A stretch of 32,000 nt of DNA from Candidatus Saccharimonadota bacterium (GTDB lineage: Archaea; Nanobdellota; Nanobdellia; Pacearchaeales; GW2011-AR1). Position numbers and translations under genes: made by a program. The notes beneath the pieces are model-generated. The model was not told the origin of the DNA. It was given only the letters and a program-made list of their open reading frames with translations, and searched no databases. Positions 6,600 through 14,322 of this stretch are shown piece by piece. The stretch's first letter is position 1. The number at the start of each line of letters is the position of its first letter. The stretch spans positions 360,001-392,000 of the forward strand of contig BPGA01000001.1 of the NCBI GenBank assembly GCA_026002795.1, read 5' to 3'.

Positions 6600-7127
6600 A
6601 TGAAAAATAAGATTTTAGAAATAGTTTTTAGGTATGTCGTTATGCTTCTTGTGGCTCTTCCAAATCTTGCTCTTTTTTATTTTATCTTTACTCCTTTGAC
6701 TGTTTATCCAACTTACTTTCTTTTAAATTTATTTTATGATGCTTCTCTAATTTCAAAAGACATAATCCTTGTCAATGACCTAATCCCAATAGAACTCATA
6801 GAAGCATGCATTGCGGGCTCTGCTTATTATCTTCTTTTTATTCTGAATTTTTCAACAGCAAAAATAAATCTAAACAAAAGGCTAAAAATTTTGTTTGTTT
6901 CATTTTTTCTATTTTTAATTTTAAACATAATAAGAATTTTTTTTCTAAGCATCCTGGCAATTTCAGGCTCTTCTTTTTTTGATGCAACACATAAACTTTT
7001 TTGGTATTCAATAAGCACAATTTTTGTTGTTGGAATCTGGTTTAGTCTTGTTAAAATATTTGACATTAAAGAAATTCCTTTTTACTCAGACATTAAATTT
7101 TTATACAAAAAAACAAAAAAGAGATAA
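6600..7127 (+). CDS. Compact archaeosortase/exosortase-family (EpsH-like) protein, 175 aa
   Basis: Polytopic membrane protein carrying the family's ordered signature residues. Cys70 in IEACIAGS (TGC 6807-6809). Arg112 in LNIIRIFFL (AGA 6933-6935), 42 residues after the Cys, similar to the Cys173/Arg214 spacing I recall for Haloferax ArtA. His131 in DATHKLFW (CAT 6990-6992). Its size is like the short 'pacearchaeosortase'-type clade, but membership was not verified. Confidence 0.65.
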   Translation: MKNKILEIVFRYVVMLLVALPNLALFYFIFTPLTVYPTYFLLNLFYDASLISKDIILVNDLIPIELIEACIAGSAYYLLFILNFSTAKINLNKRLKILFVSFFLFLILNIIRIFFLSILAISGSSFFDATHKLFWYSISTIFVVGIWFSLVKIFDIKEIPFYSDIKFLYKKTKKR

Positions 7128-7272
7128 AGCTATCTAAATTCACTGCTTTGTTTTATCAAAAAAAAACAAAAAAATAAATAAAAATAACAACACACAACAA
7201 AAACCTTTTACAATTTTTTTAGTTAAAACTTAAATAGAAATTTTTCTCTACTTTTTCATTTAATTTAGATTT

Positions 7273-7902
7273 TTAGCTCTTTTCATTTAATTTTACAAAA
7301 GTTTCAACCATAAATCTTTCCATTCCCTCTAAAATTTCGCAATCTTTTATGTTTATTTCATAACAAGCAGGACCTATTTGTTTTATGTTTGTAGAATTTG
7401 ACTCTTGCAGGGAAATGTACATCGAATTTCCAAGTAAATCACAACCAAAATCAGATGTTGCATTAATATTTACATCCATAATCCTGTAAAGAGTTGCGAA
7501 ATTTGCAACTGCAACTGATTCATAACCTTTACAGCTTTTGTCGAAAGTTATGTCCATAAAAAGATTTTTCTTTAAACTTAAATTTCCTTCAAACACAACT
7601 TTTTTTTCAAGAGTTCTCGGATCATTCCTAAGATAAAAATTATAATTTGCTTTTTTGAGCTGGCCATTTTCTCTATAAGTTACAGGCAATTGTGTATTGT
7701 AGGTTTTCAAACAAGGCCCTTGATCACAAAAATTAACAACCTTAAACTTAACTCCTCTATACTCAAAACTTCTTGGTAGATTTATTATGTAGGCTATAAC
7801 AAATACAAGAATTAAGATTATTAAAGCTGAGAGCAAAACAACCCTTAATATTTTTTCTTCATACGAAATTTTTTTTGTTTTTTTGAAAGTTTTTTTAGCC
7901 AT
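7273..7902 (-). CDS. N-terminally anchored extracytoplasmic protein, unknown function (paralog of 8014-8601)
   Basis: Basic N-terminus plus a single TM (KILRVVLLSALIILILVFVIAYII) and a Cys-containing ectodomain. The C-terminal block SNSTNIKQIGPACYEINIKDCEILEGMERFMVETFVKL aligns with the C-terminus of the neighbouring gene product. Confidence 0.6.
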   Translation of the reverse strand: MAKKTFKKTKKISYEEKILRVVLLSALIILILVFVIAYIINLPRSFEYRGVKFKVVNFCDQGPCLKTYNTQLPVTYRENGQLKKANYNFYLRNDPRTLEKKVVFEGNLSLKKNLFMDITFDKSCKGYESVAVANFATLYRIMDVNINATSDFGCDLLGNSMYISLQESNSTNIKQIGPACYEINIKDCEILEGMERFMVETFVKLNEKS

Positions 7903-8013
7903 TATAAAAATTCACTTAAAATAAATTTAATCAGCAATTTTATTAGTAACACTTTTATCTTTTAAACTTTTTCTTCTTTAATAATTTCCACCTATAATCT
8001 TTAATTTTAAAAC

Positions 8014-8601
8014 TTATCTTATTTTTAAGATTTTAAACAAAAACTCATCTGTAAGCTTTAAAATTTCTCTATCTTTTCCTTGAATAAAGACGCAATTATC
8101 TTTTTCAGTTATAGAAGTTTCATTAGAAATTTTAATAAATATAAAATTGTCAGAACAGGTTTTTTTAGGTAGACTTTCATCATTACACTCTTCATTCTCT
8201 AAACAAGCATTTTGCACTCTTTCAACAAGTCCAACAAGATTAACATACACCTCATTTTTTGCTGTTTCATCTTGTGAATAGATGTAAAGAGGTTTTTTTA
8301 GATATTTTTCAAAAGAAGAAATACCAACACCATAACTTTGGAAAGATTGTATTTCTAAAGGATTATAAGAGAAAACAAAATTTCCTAAAACCCATAGTCC
8401 GTTTCTATTTTCAAATTCATAATTTTTGTATTTTATTTTGTTTAAAGAGTTTGAAGAGCTATCTGTAGTTCCAGAATTGCTTTGTATTGCAAAACCAATT
8501 GTACCTAGAACCATCACTAAAAGTAGCACAACACCTAATATAATCTGGTTTCTTTTCCTTTTTCTTTCAGCCTCTTCTTTTGTAACAAGCTTTTTAATCA
8601 T
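8014..8601 (-). CDS. N-terminally anchored extracytoplasmic protein, unknown function (paralog of 7273-7902)
   Basis: Basic N-terminus plus TM (IILGVVLLLVMVLGTIGFAI). C-terminal block SNETSITEKDNCVFIQGKDREILKLTDEFLFKILKI shares the pattern SN.T.I...C..I..KD.EIL...F with the neighbour. AAGGAGA lies immediately before the ATG. Confidence 0.6.
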   Translation of the reverse strand: MIKKLVTKEEAERKRKRNQIILGVVLLLVMVLGTIGFAIQSNSGTTDSSSNSLNKIKYKNYEFENRNGLWVLGNFVFSYNPLEIQSFQSYGVGISSFEKYLKKPLYIYSQDETAKNEVYVNLVGLVERVQNACLENEECNDESLPKKTCSDNFIFIKISNETSITEKDNCVFIQGKDREILKLTDEFLFKILKIR

Positions 8602-8710
8602 TCTCCTTAAAATATTTACAAAGAAAATTATTTGGTTTTTAAGTTTTCTTGTTTTTTAGAAGAAGATTTTAATTTTAGTTTCTCTTTTTAAAAAATAAAA
8701 AAAGAAAAAA

Positions 8711-8730
8711 AGACCGGCAAGAGCCGGTCT
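8711..8730 (-). terminator. Hairpin plus oligo-T terminator downstream of the S-layer gene
   Basis: Perfect 8-bp GC-rich stem AGACCGGC (8711-8718) / GCCGGTCT (8723-8730) with a 4-nt loop, 10 nt past the stop of the 8740-11373 gene. It is followed on the minus strand by a long T-rich run (plus-strand A-run 8690-8710). This is the only strongly G+C-rich intergenic hairpin I saw. Confidence 0.6.
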
Positions 8731-8739
8731 AAAAAAAAT

Positions 8740-11373
8740 TTAAGGTGATACTTTTGACATTGTTGATGTTCCACCGCTTCCAACAGTTCCTATGTATTTA
8801 GTACCTGCTGTTGTGTCTACTGATTCTGGTTGATTTATTAACCTTTGTGCAGCAGCAGCAGTTTCAGCTGCTTCATAACCAGCAACAAGTAGAGCTATCT
8901 TTCCACCAGTTCTAGAGAAGCTTTGTATTAAGAACTGGCCAGAACCAACACCTGTTGCAGAGGTCCATGCACTTCCACAGTATGCTCCACCGACCAAGCT
9001 AGCAGCAACAGTGTTTATGCAGCTTCCACCTACAACAACTAGATTCTTATTGCCAACAGATGCAACTTCATTATCAGTAACAAGCACTCCACCCAAAGAT
9101 TGAGTCTGATTTGTTGTGGATGTTCCACCAACAGAGTCTACAAAGAGCTTTGCATAAACCTGACTTGAAGGATAGGCTACTTCTGCTGTTTTTTGATCTG
9201 AATCACCAGCATCAACAGTAACCAAAGTACCCCACCAATCAACATACTTTGTGATGTCTGAATCACTCTGCAATGTTGCTGAGTACTGTGTTGGTGATGT
9301 TAGATATACACTATTGACACCAACGCCATCTGTACTTGTTCCATCACCAGGTTCTGTATCTATTACAACAACCTCATAATTGTTGTTGTCATCTTTTCCT
9401 TCAAATAAAACAACAGCTGGTGTTGTAATAACATTTGAAGCTCCTGGTGCTACCAAGTACAATTTTGTTTGGTTATCAGCGCCAGTACTCTGGAAACTGT
9501 AAGTTAATCTACCAACTGTTACATTAGCTGTATCATTGCCAGGAGCAGCGTTGGTAGTTAATAGATTTCCTCCAATACTCCAGGTGGTGTTTCCTGCTGT
9601 ACCATTTATAAGAGACGCAGTTACGCTAGTGTAACCATCTCCATCAGGGAAATTAAAGGTGCCTGCATCTGTACCACTACCATCCATATCAGCTAAGTTT
9701 AATGTTAATGGTTGGTAAAGCGCTACTAAGGCTCCTGTTTTTGTTTGAATTGTTGGATACACAACAAATGTAGCAGAATTTGCAGAATCTGAGGTTGGGT
9801 ATTTAATTCTTATTGAACCTCCAGATCCTGATCCACCACCAGGACCAGCATAAGTAATAGTGTACTCTTTTCCGCCCAACGAGAGTGTTGTTGTACCTTC
9901 TGTTGTAGGACTTCTTGCCCTTATAGTCTCACCAGAAAGAACATCCCTAAATTGTACAATATCACTTCCAGCTGTACTTGAGTCGTTAGATACAGAATCT
10001 ACCTGAAGTAAGTAGCCGTTCTCTTCATTACCCAAGACAACATACTGGTCTTCTGTGAGATTTGCCATTTCAATTACACTAATTGTAAAGTTGCTATCAT
10101 CTCCTAAAAAGAATTGATTACTTTGGTTGTGAGCCCAATCAAATGTCTTTGTATTACCCCTGTGATCTGTCATTGTTAGTGATAGTGTATCATCTCCTAC
10201 TACACCAACACTCAACGACTCTCTTGCTGGGTCATCTAAAGGAGAACTCAATCCAACAAAAGATAATTTAAATGTTCCAAATACAGGATCAACAAAACTC
10301 GATCCCGCAACAATAGCATCGTTGCTTGTACTTGGAGCAAAAACAGCTATAGCTATTTCAGTTGTTGAATTTGTGCCACCTACAATGTAAACTAATGTGC
10401 CATCAACAGAGGTATCGTCAGAACCAACTTTAACATTATTTCCATTGGAAAGAGTCACTTTTTGTGCTCCTGCAATAACTGTTGCAGATAGCTGGAAATT
10501 TGTTTCATCAGCATTCTTAACAGCAACCTCTAGCCCTTGGATCTTTTTAACATTACCCTCATCTACTTCAGCAGTACTGCTTCTTCCAGCACTATCAGTT
10601 ACTTTTAAAGTAGCTGCAGTATCAGAAGCTGAAACTAACTCAATTGTATATGTTGAGCCGCCAACAGTTACACTTGCACTTCTAGAATCGCTTGTTAAGG
10701 TAACTGTTTGAGCTTCTTTTAACAACACAATATTACTACTATCTGTTGCTGTTGAAACAGTAAAGGTCTGCCCAAACAACTTTATCTCCTGGTTTTCAGA
10801 ATCTGGGCTTGTAAAATTAACAGCCTTACTGAAAATTACAGATGCATTATACAATGGATTTGATGTTGCACTTGTACCCAAACTAACTCCAATTACAGGG
10901 TCATTACTTGTTTTAGGCTGCCTTGCAAAAATAACTTTTCCAGAGTTATCTCCACCAGCAGGAGCACCTGCCTGTAATTTTATAGTATGGGTTAATCTTG
11001 CATCAACATTTCCAGAAAAGGTTGTATCTGCAAGTAAGTTAGGCATTTCTGTTTTTGTAAGACTGCTTCTTGCAGTATTTAATGATGTATTAAGCCAGAT
11101 TCTTGTAGAGCTAGTGTCTAATGAAACAGCAGAACTACTTAAGGATACATCACCCCCACTGCTTACCAAGCCTTGCAACCAGTTTGCAATGTTTGTTGCT
11201 TGAGTTTGGTCAAGTCCTTGTGGAGCAGCTGAACCATATACAACTGCAAAATCACCTACACCATTTTGAACAAAAGGAGCAGGAGCAGCAGCTGCAGCAG
11301 CAACCCCAGCTGTCATACCAATCATTAAAGCACTTGTTGCAAGCGCTGATATTTGTCTAAAATTAAATTTCAT
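8740..11373 (-). CDS. S-layer protein (Methanococcales/Thermococcales-type S_layer_N / S_layer_C-like ends), 877 aa
   Basis: Signal peptide MKFNFRQISALATSALMIGMTAGVAAAAAA|PAP. The N-terminal block DFAVVYGSAAPQGLDQTQATNIANWL and the C-terminal block NLVVVGGSCINTVAASLVGG...GKIALLVAGYEAAETAAAAQRLI resemble the conserved ends of archaeal S-layer proteins. Thr/Ser/Gly/Ala/Val-rich, Lys-poor, many N-x-S/T sequons. Strong AGGAGGT upstream, dedicated terminator hairpin downstream, and clearly higher G+C than its neighbours. Confidence 0.75.
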   Translation of the reverse strand: MKFNFRQISALATSALMIGMTAGVAAAAAAPAPFVQNGVGDFAVVYGSAAPQGLDQTQATNIANWLQGLVSSGGDVSLSSSAVSLDTSSTRIWLNTSLNTARSSLTKTEMPNLLADTTFSGNVDARLTHTIKLQAGAPAGGDNSGKVIFARQPKTSNDPVIGVSLGTSATSNPLYNASVIFSKAVNFTSPDSENQEIKLFGQTFTVSTATDSSNIVLLKEAQTVTLTSDSRSASVTVGGSTYTIELVSASDTAATLKVTDSAGRSSTAEVDEGNVKKIQGLEVAVKNADETNFQLSATVIAGAQKVTLSNGNNVKVGSDDTSVDGTLVYIVGGTNSTTEIAIAVFAPSTSNDAIVAGSSFVDPVFGTFKLSFVGLSSPLDDPARESLSVGVVGDDTLSLTMTDHRGNTKTFDWAHNQSNQFFLGDDSNFTISVIEMANLTEDQYVVLGNEENGYLLQVDSVSNDSSTAGSDIVQFRDVLSGETIRARSPTTEGTTTLSLGGKEYTITYAGPGGGSGSGGSIRIKYPTSDSANSATFVVYPTIQTKTGALVALYQPLTLNLADMDGSGTDAGTFNFPDGDGYTSVTASLINGTAGNTTWSIGGNLLTTNAAPGNDTANVTVGRLTYSFQSTGADNQTKLYLVAPGASNVITTPAVVLFEGKDDNNNYEVVVIDTEPGDGTSTDGVGVNSVYLTSPTQYSATLQSDSDITKYVDWWGTLVTVDAGDSDQKTAEVAYPSSQVYAKLFVDSVGGTSTTNQTQSLGGVLVTDNEVASVGNKNLVVVGGSCINTVAASLVGGAYCGSAWTSATGVGSGQFLIQSFSRTGGKIALLVAGYEAAETAAAAQRLINQPESVDTTAGTKYIGTVGSGGTSTMSKVSP

Positions 11374-11856
11374 CTTTACTCTCTTTCAACCTCCTTTCAG
11401 CTCTATAAAATAACTGCCAAAGACAGCTTTCACCGCTTAAATGGCCATAGGGTAAAGCCATTAAGCTTGGTGAATATGATAACAATGAAAAAAACATGCT
11501 TTTTAATGCATTTTCTTTTAGTTTATTTTCTTTCATATTAAAATCTTTTAAACTTTTTTTGGTCAAAGTATAACCAAAATTTCTTAACATTTCTTTTATT
11601 TTGCTCCTTTCAACCCTAATAACACCCTATTAGATTTTAAAGGTCGGTGTATGAATAAAAGACAAAATTCCTTTAAAAAGCTTATCCTTCTAACCTTCTA
11701 TTTTTTTCATAAAAATGCTTTTTTTAAAGGTTTAATTTATAAATATTACGTTACTATTAATAAGTAAAAATTTATTTAAAAGAGTATACAAGAAAGATTT
11801 ATTAATATGTATGACATTTATTTTAATATATTAAGTAAAAAATGTATTAAAATAAA

Positions 11857-12207
11857 ATGCAGCTTATCAAATCAAAACAAAAAACACTTAGTTTAGAAAA
11901 CCATAAAGGAGCTTTCTCTTTATTTAAAAAAGCAGAAGAAGGGATAAATTTTAATGATATTTTTGAGTTAAGAAGTATCTTAAGCAACGAAAAAGCAAAA
12001 ATTTTGTACATTATAAAACACGAGAAGCCCGAATCTATTTATAAGCTTTCAAAGCTTTGTGGAAGAAGTTTTAGAGCTGTATTAAGAGATGTAAAAATGC
12101 TTGAAAAATTTGGGTTTATTAAAATTATTAAAGAAAAAAACAAGCTTAAAATAAGGCATAGGCCTGTTATTGATATAGAAAACCTTGTTTTGAACTTTAA
12201 AATATAA
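11857..12207 (+). CDS. Winged helix-turn-helix DNA-binding protein (COG4190/ArsR-like small regulator)
   Basis: Pattern LRSILSNEKAKILYIIKHEKPESIYKLSKLCGRSFRAVLRDVKMLEKFGFIKI (helix-turn-helix plus wing), followed by a C-terminal RPVIDIENLVLNFKI, as in small archaeal wHTH regulators. Confidence 0.6.
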   Translation: MQLIKSKQKTLSLENHKGAFSLFKKAEEGINFNDIFELRSILSNEKAKILYIIKHEKPESIYKLSKLCGRSFRAVLRDVKMLEKFGFIKIIKEKNKLKIRHRPVIDIENLVLNFKI

Positions 12208-12248
12208 CTACTTTAAATTACCTAAACTACAGGTTTAATTTTAAAATT

Positions 12249-12755
12249 TCAATAATAAATTTTAAAAGAAACTTTTAATGCTTGTTGAGAGGTTGTAAAA
12301 TCCTGTAAAGAGCCTTTATAATTGTTAGTTATATTTCCTTTTCTTATCTCTATTATGTTTTTTAAGCTACTTTGCATTAAAAACTCATAACCTTTTATTG
12401 GAGTGTTTTCAATTGGCCAGCTTGCATCTAAAATACCTTTTATTGTTTCATTTAAAACATCACAGCTTGGTCTTCCATCTAAACAATTTACTTCATCAAC
12501 ACACTGAAAAGCAAGCTTTCTTATTGTTAAATTTCCTGAAGAGTCTGAACAGCTTGTTGTATATTGAAGAGAAGCCTGAATAAAACTTTCAACCTCATAG
12601 CTTTCAACAGATTGTTTTGTTCCTGCTCTTAAAACAAAAAACAAAATTCCTAAAATGATTATTGAAACAAGTATAACAATAATAGCAAAACCAACCATCT
12701 CTTCTTGTGCTTTTTTCGGTTTTTTTAAAACTACTTTTTTTGTCAAATCTCGCAT
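12249..12755 (-). CDS. Class III signal peptide (type IV pilin-like) protein, 168 aa
   Basis: N-terminus MRDLTKKVVLKKPKKA|QEEMVGFAIIVILVSIIILGILFFVL: a basic stretch ending KKAQ followed by a hydrophobic helix. Four Cys in the ectodomain. Last gene of the seven-gene minus-strand cluster. Confidence 0.65.
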   Translation of the reverse strand: MRDLTKKVVLKKPKKAQEEMVGFAIIVILVSIIILGILFFVLRAGTKQSVESYEVESFIQASLQYTTSCSDSSGNLTIRKLAFQCVDEVNCLDGRPSCDVLNETIKGILDASWPIENTPIKGYEFLMQSSLKNIIEIRKGNITNNYKGSLQDFTTSQQALKVSFKIYY

Positions 12756-12786
12756 TTTACCTTTTTTCGATCTTTTTTTAGTTACT

Positions 12787-13311
12787 CTACTCTTTTAATT
12801 TATATGTTACAATGACCTTTGCAAGCTCACAAACATTTACTTGTCTAGCTTTTTCTTCATCATAATCTTTTCTACATAAAGCAGCAAAATTTGAAAAAGA
12901 TGTTCCTGAATCTGTGTTTTTTATTATGATGCTGTTGCAATTAGGATAATTTTCTTGAGTACATTCAATTTTTTCTTCAGATTTAGGAAAAACTTTTCTT
13001 ATTTCAATTCCAGAAACTTCCCAAAAATTTCCATACAGGTTTTGATATTTTTTTAGAGCCATGATTTTGTCAGAGTCTATACAATTTCCTTCACTCCTTT
13101 CAAAAGCATTTCCACAAGAAAACTCAGGAGAATTTGAGAGTTTAGAGACTAAAAGCAAAGCCTCTCTTTGCTCTACTAACTCAGAAGATCCTTTAATTCC
13201 AGAAAAAACAAAAGTTAAAAGAAAAAGACCAGCTATTGCAAAAAATAAGCTGACTGCAATTAACATAAATGCCATTTGTTGTATTTTTATTTGTGCTTTT
13301 TTTTCTTTCAT
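12787..13311 (-). CDS. Class III signal peptide (type IV pilin-like) protein, 174 aa
   Basis: N-terminus MKEKKA|QIKIQQMAFMLIAVSLFFAIAGLFLLTFVF. Six Cys in the ectodomain. 31-nt gap to the downstream gene. Confidence 0.65.
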   Translation of the reverse strand: MKEKKAQIKIQQMAFMLIAVSLFFAIAGLFLLTFVFSGIKGSSELVEQREALLLVSKLSNSPEFSCGNAFERSEGNCIDSDKIMALKKYQNLYGNFWEVSGIEIRKVFPKSEEKIECTQENYPNCNSIIIKNTDSGTSFSNFAALCRKDYDEEKARQVNVCELAKVIVTYKLKE

Positions 13312-13332
13312 TTTATAAAAACTTTATTCATT

Positions 13333-14268
13333 TTACCAGAGTTTACATCTAGCTCTTTCATTTGATAATTCTGCATCATCAGCAAAATTCTTAACAAAAG
13401 TTAAATCATCTGAACTGTTGTAAGAGTTTAACGAGTTTATTAAAGGAAGCAGATTCACTTCAGAGATACATCCTTGATTTGCAAGAATGTTTGTCTTTTC
13501 ATTATAAATTCTTGAAAGAATTTCTGCTCTTTTCATAAGCCTTTTAACATTACACTCATAATCTTGTTTGTTGTTAGAGAATATGGCAGCATAAAGTAAA
13601 GCATCTGTTTCGTAATAAACTTCTTCTCTTTCTAAGCTAACTGTTTTTAAATTTTCATTTACGAAAACATTACAGCCAGTTCTTGATTTGAAACAGATTT
13701 TTTTTGAATTTGAAGGACAATCTTTAACAAATAAATTTTCTTGATTTAAATTTGAAATTTCTCTTTCTATGTTTTTAGGAGCATCTAAAAAACAATAGCT
13801 TTCATCAGAAGATGTAAAATACATTAAATCAGCTACTTTAAAAGGAAATTCAAAAGGCTTTGTAAAAACAAAAAATTTTTTTCCTTGAACAGTCTTATTT
13901 GAAAAAATATATTTATTTTCTGAGACTAAAGAAAAATCAGTTGAAACAAACTTGTTTGATATTTTTTGTTTTAGAGAGATTTCTTGTTTACCAAAATCAG
14001 TAAAACTAGAACAAGAAAAAATTAATTGGGTTTCAGTAGGCATATCAATAGAAATAGAGCTTCCAGATTCAGGACCAGATTCTAAAGGATTTAATAAAGA
14101 TTCAAACTCTTGAGAAAGCTCAGCAGAAACTTTTTCTTCACCAACATTAATGACTCTAGTTGAAGCATAGATAGCAATAAAAATTATTATTGCACCAACA
14201 ATTATTGCAAAAACCCATGCAAAAGGAAACTGAAGTTGTGCTTTTTTATTCAGTTTTTTTAACGACAT
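13333..14268 (-). CDS. Class III signal peptide (type IV pilin-like) protein, 311 aa
   Basis: N-terminus MSLKKLNKKA|QLQFPFAWVFAIIVGAIIIFIAIYAS. Eight Cys in the ectodomain. 21-nt gap to the downstream gene. Confidence 0.65.
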   Translation of the reverse strand: MSLKKLNKKAQLQFPFAWVFAIIVGAIIIFIAIYASTRVINVGEEKVSAELSQEFESLLNPLESGPESGSSISIDMPTETQLIFSCSSFTDFGKQEISLKQKISNKFVSTDFSLVSENKYIFSNKTVQGKKFFVFTKPFEFPFKVADLMYFTSSDESYCFLDAPKNIEREISNLNQENLFVKDCPSNSKKICFKSRTGCNVFVNENLKTVSLEREEVYYETDALLYAAIFSNNKQDYECNVKRLMKRAEILSRIYNEKTNILANQGCISEVNLLPLINSLNSYNSSDDLTFVKNFADDAELSNERARCKLW

Positions 14269-14322
14269 TTTTTATATAGCTTAACTGTTTTAACTTTTAA
14301 CTTTATAATTAATCTTATTTTT

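Noticed and set aside
10397-11360. Plus-strand ORFs 10397-10711 (104 aa) and 11121-11360 (79 aa) inside the S-layer gene.
   Set aside because: They are antisense to a strongly supported 877-aa gene. Long open antisense frames are expected there because the locally higher G+C depletes stop codons.
11381-11391. CTTTCAAC / GTTGAAAG strings resembling CRISPR repeat termini (also at 11607-11616 and 30321-30330).
   Set aside because: There is no regularly spaced array, no repeat-spacer periodicity and no cas genes in the window. The three copies are isolated and lie in 5' regions. They are treated instead as a possible cis element (see findings).
11353-11590. ORFs 11363-11590 (minus, 75 aa) and 11353-11541 (plus, 62 aa) in the S-layer upstream region.
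   Set aside because: There is no recognisable motif. The minus ORF overlaps the S-layer start and spans the putative promoter and hairpin. The region more likely serves as leader or promoter. Not excluded, but unsupported.
11651-11767. 38-aa plus-strand ORF (MNKRQNSFKKLILLTFYFFHKNAFFKGLIYKYYVTINK) in the S-layer/wHTH intergenic region.
   Set aside because: It is short and AT-driven, with no convincing TATA or SD at proper spacing (GGTG lies only 1 nt before the ATG). This is expected by chance.
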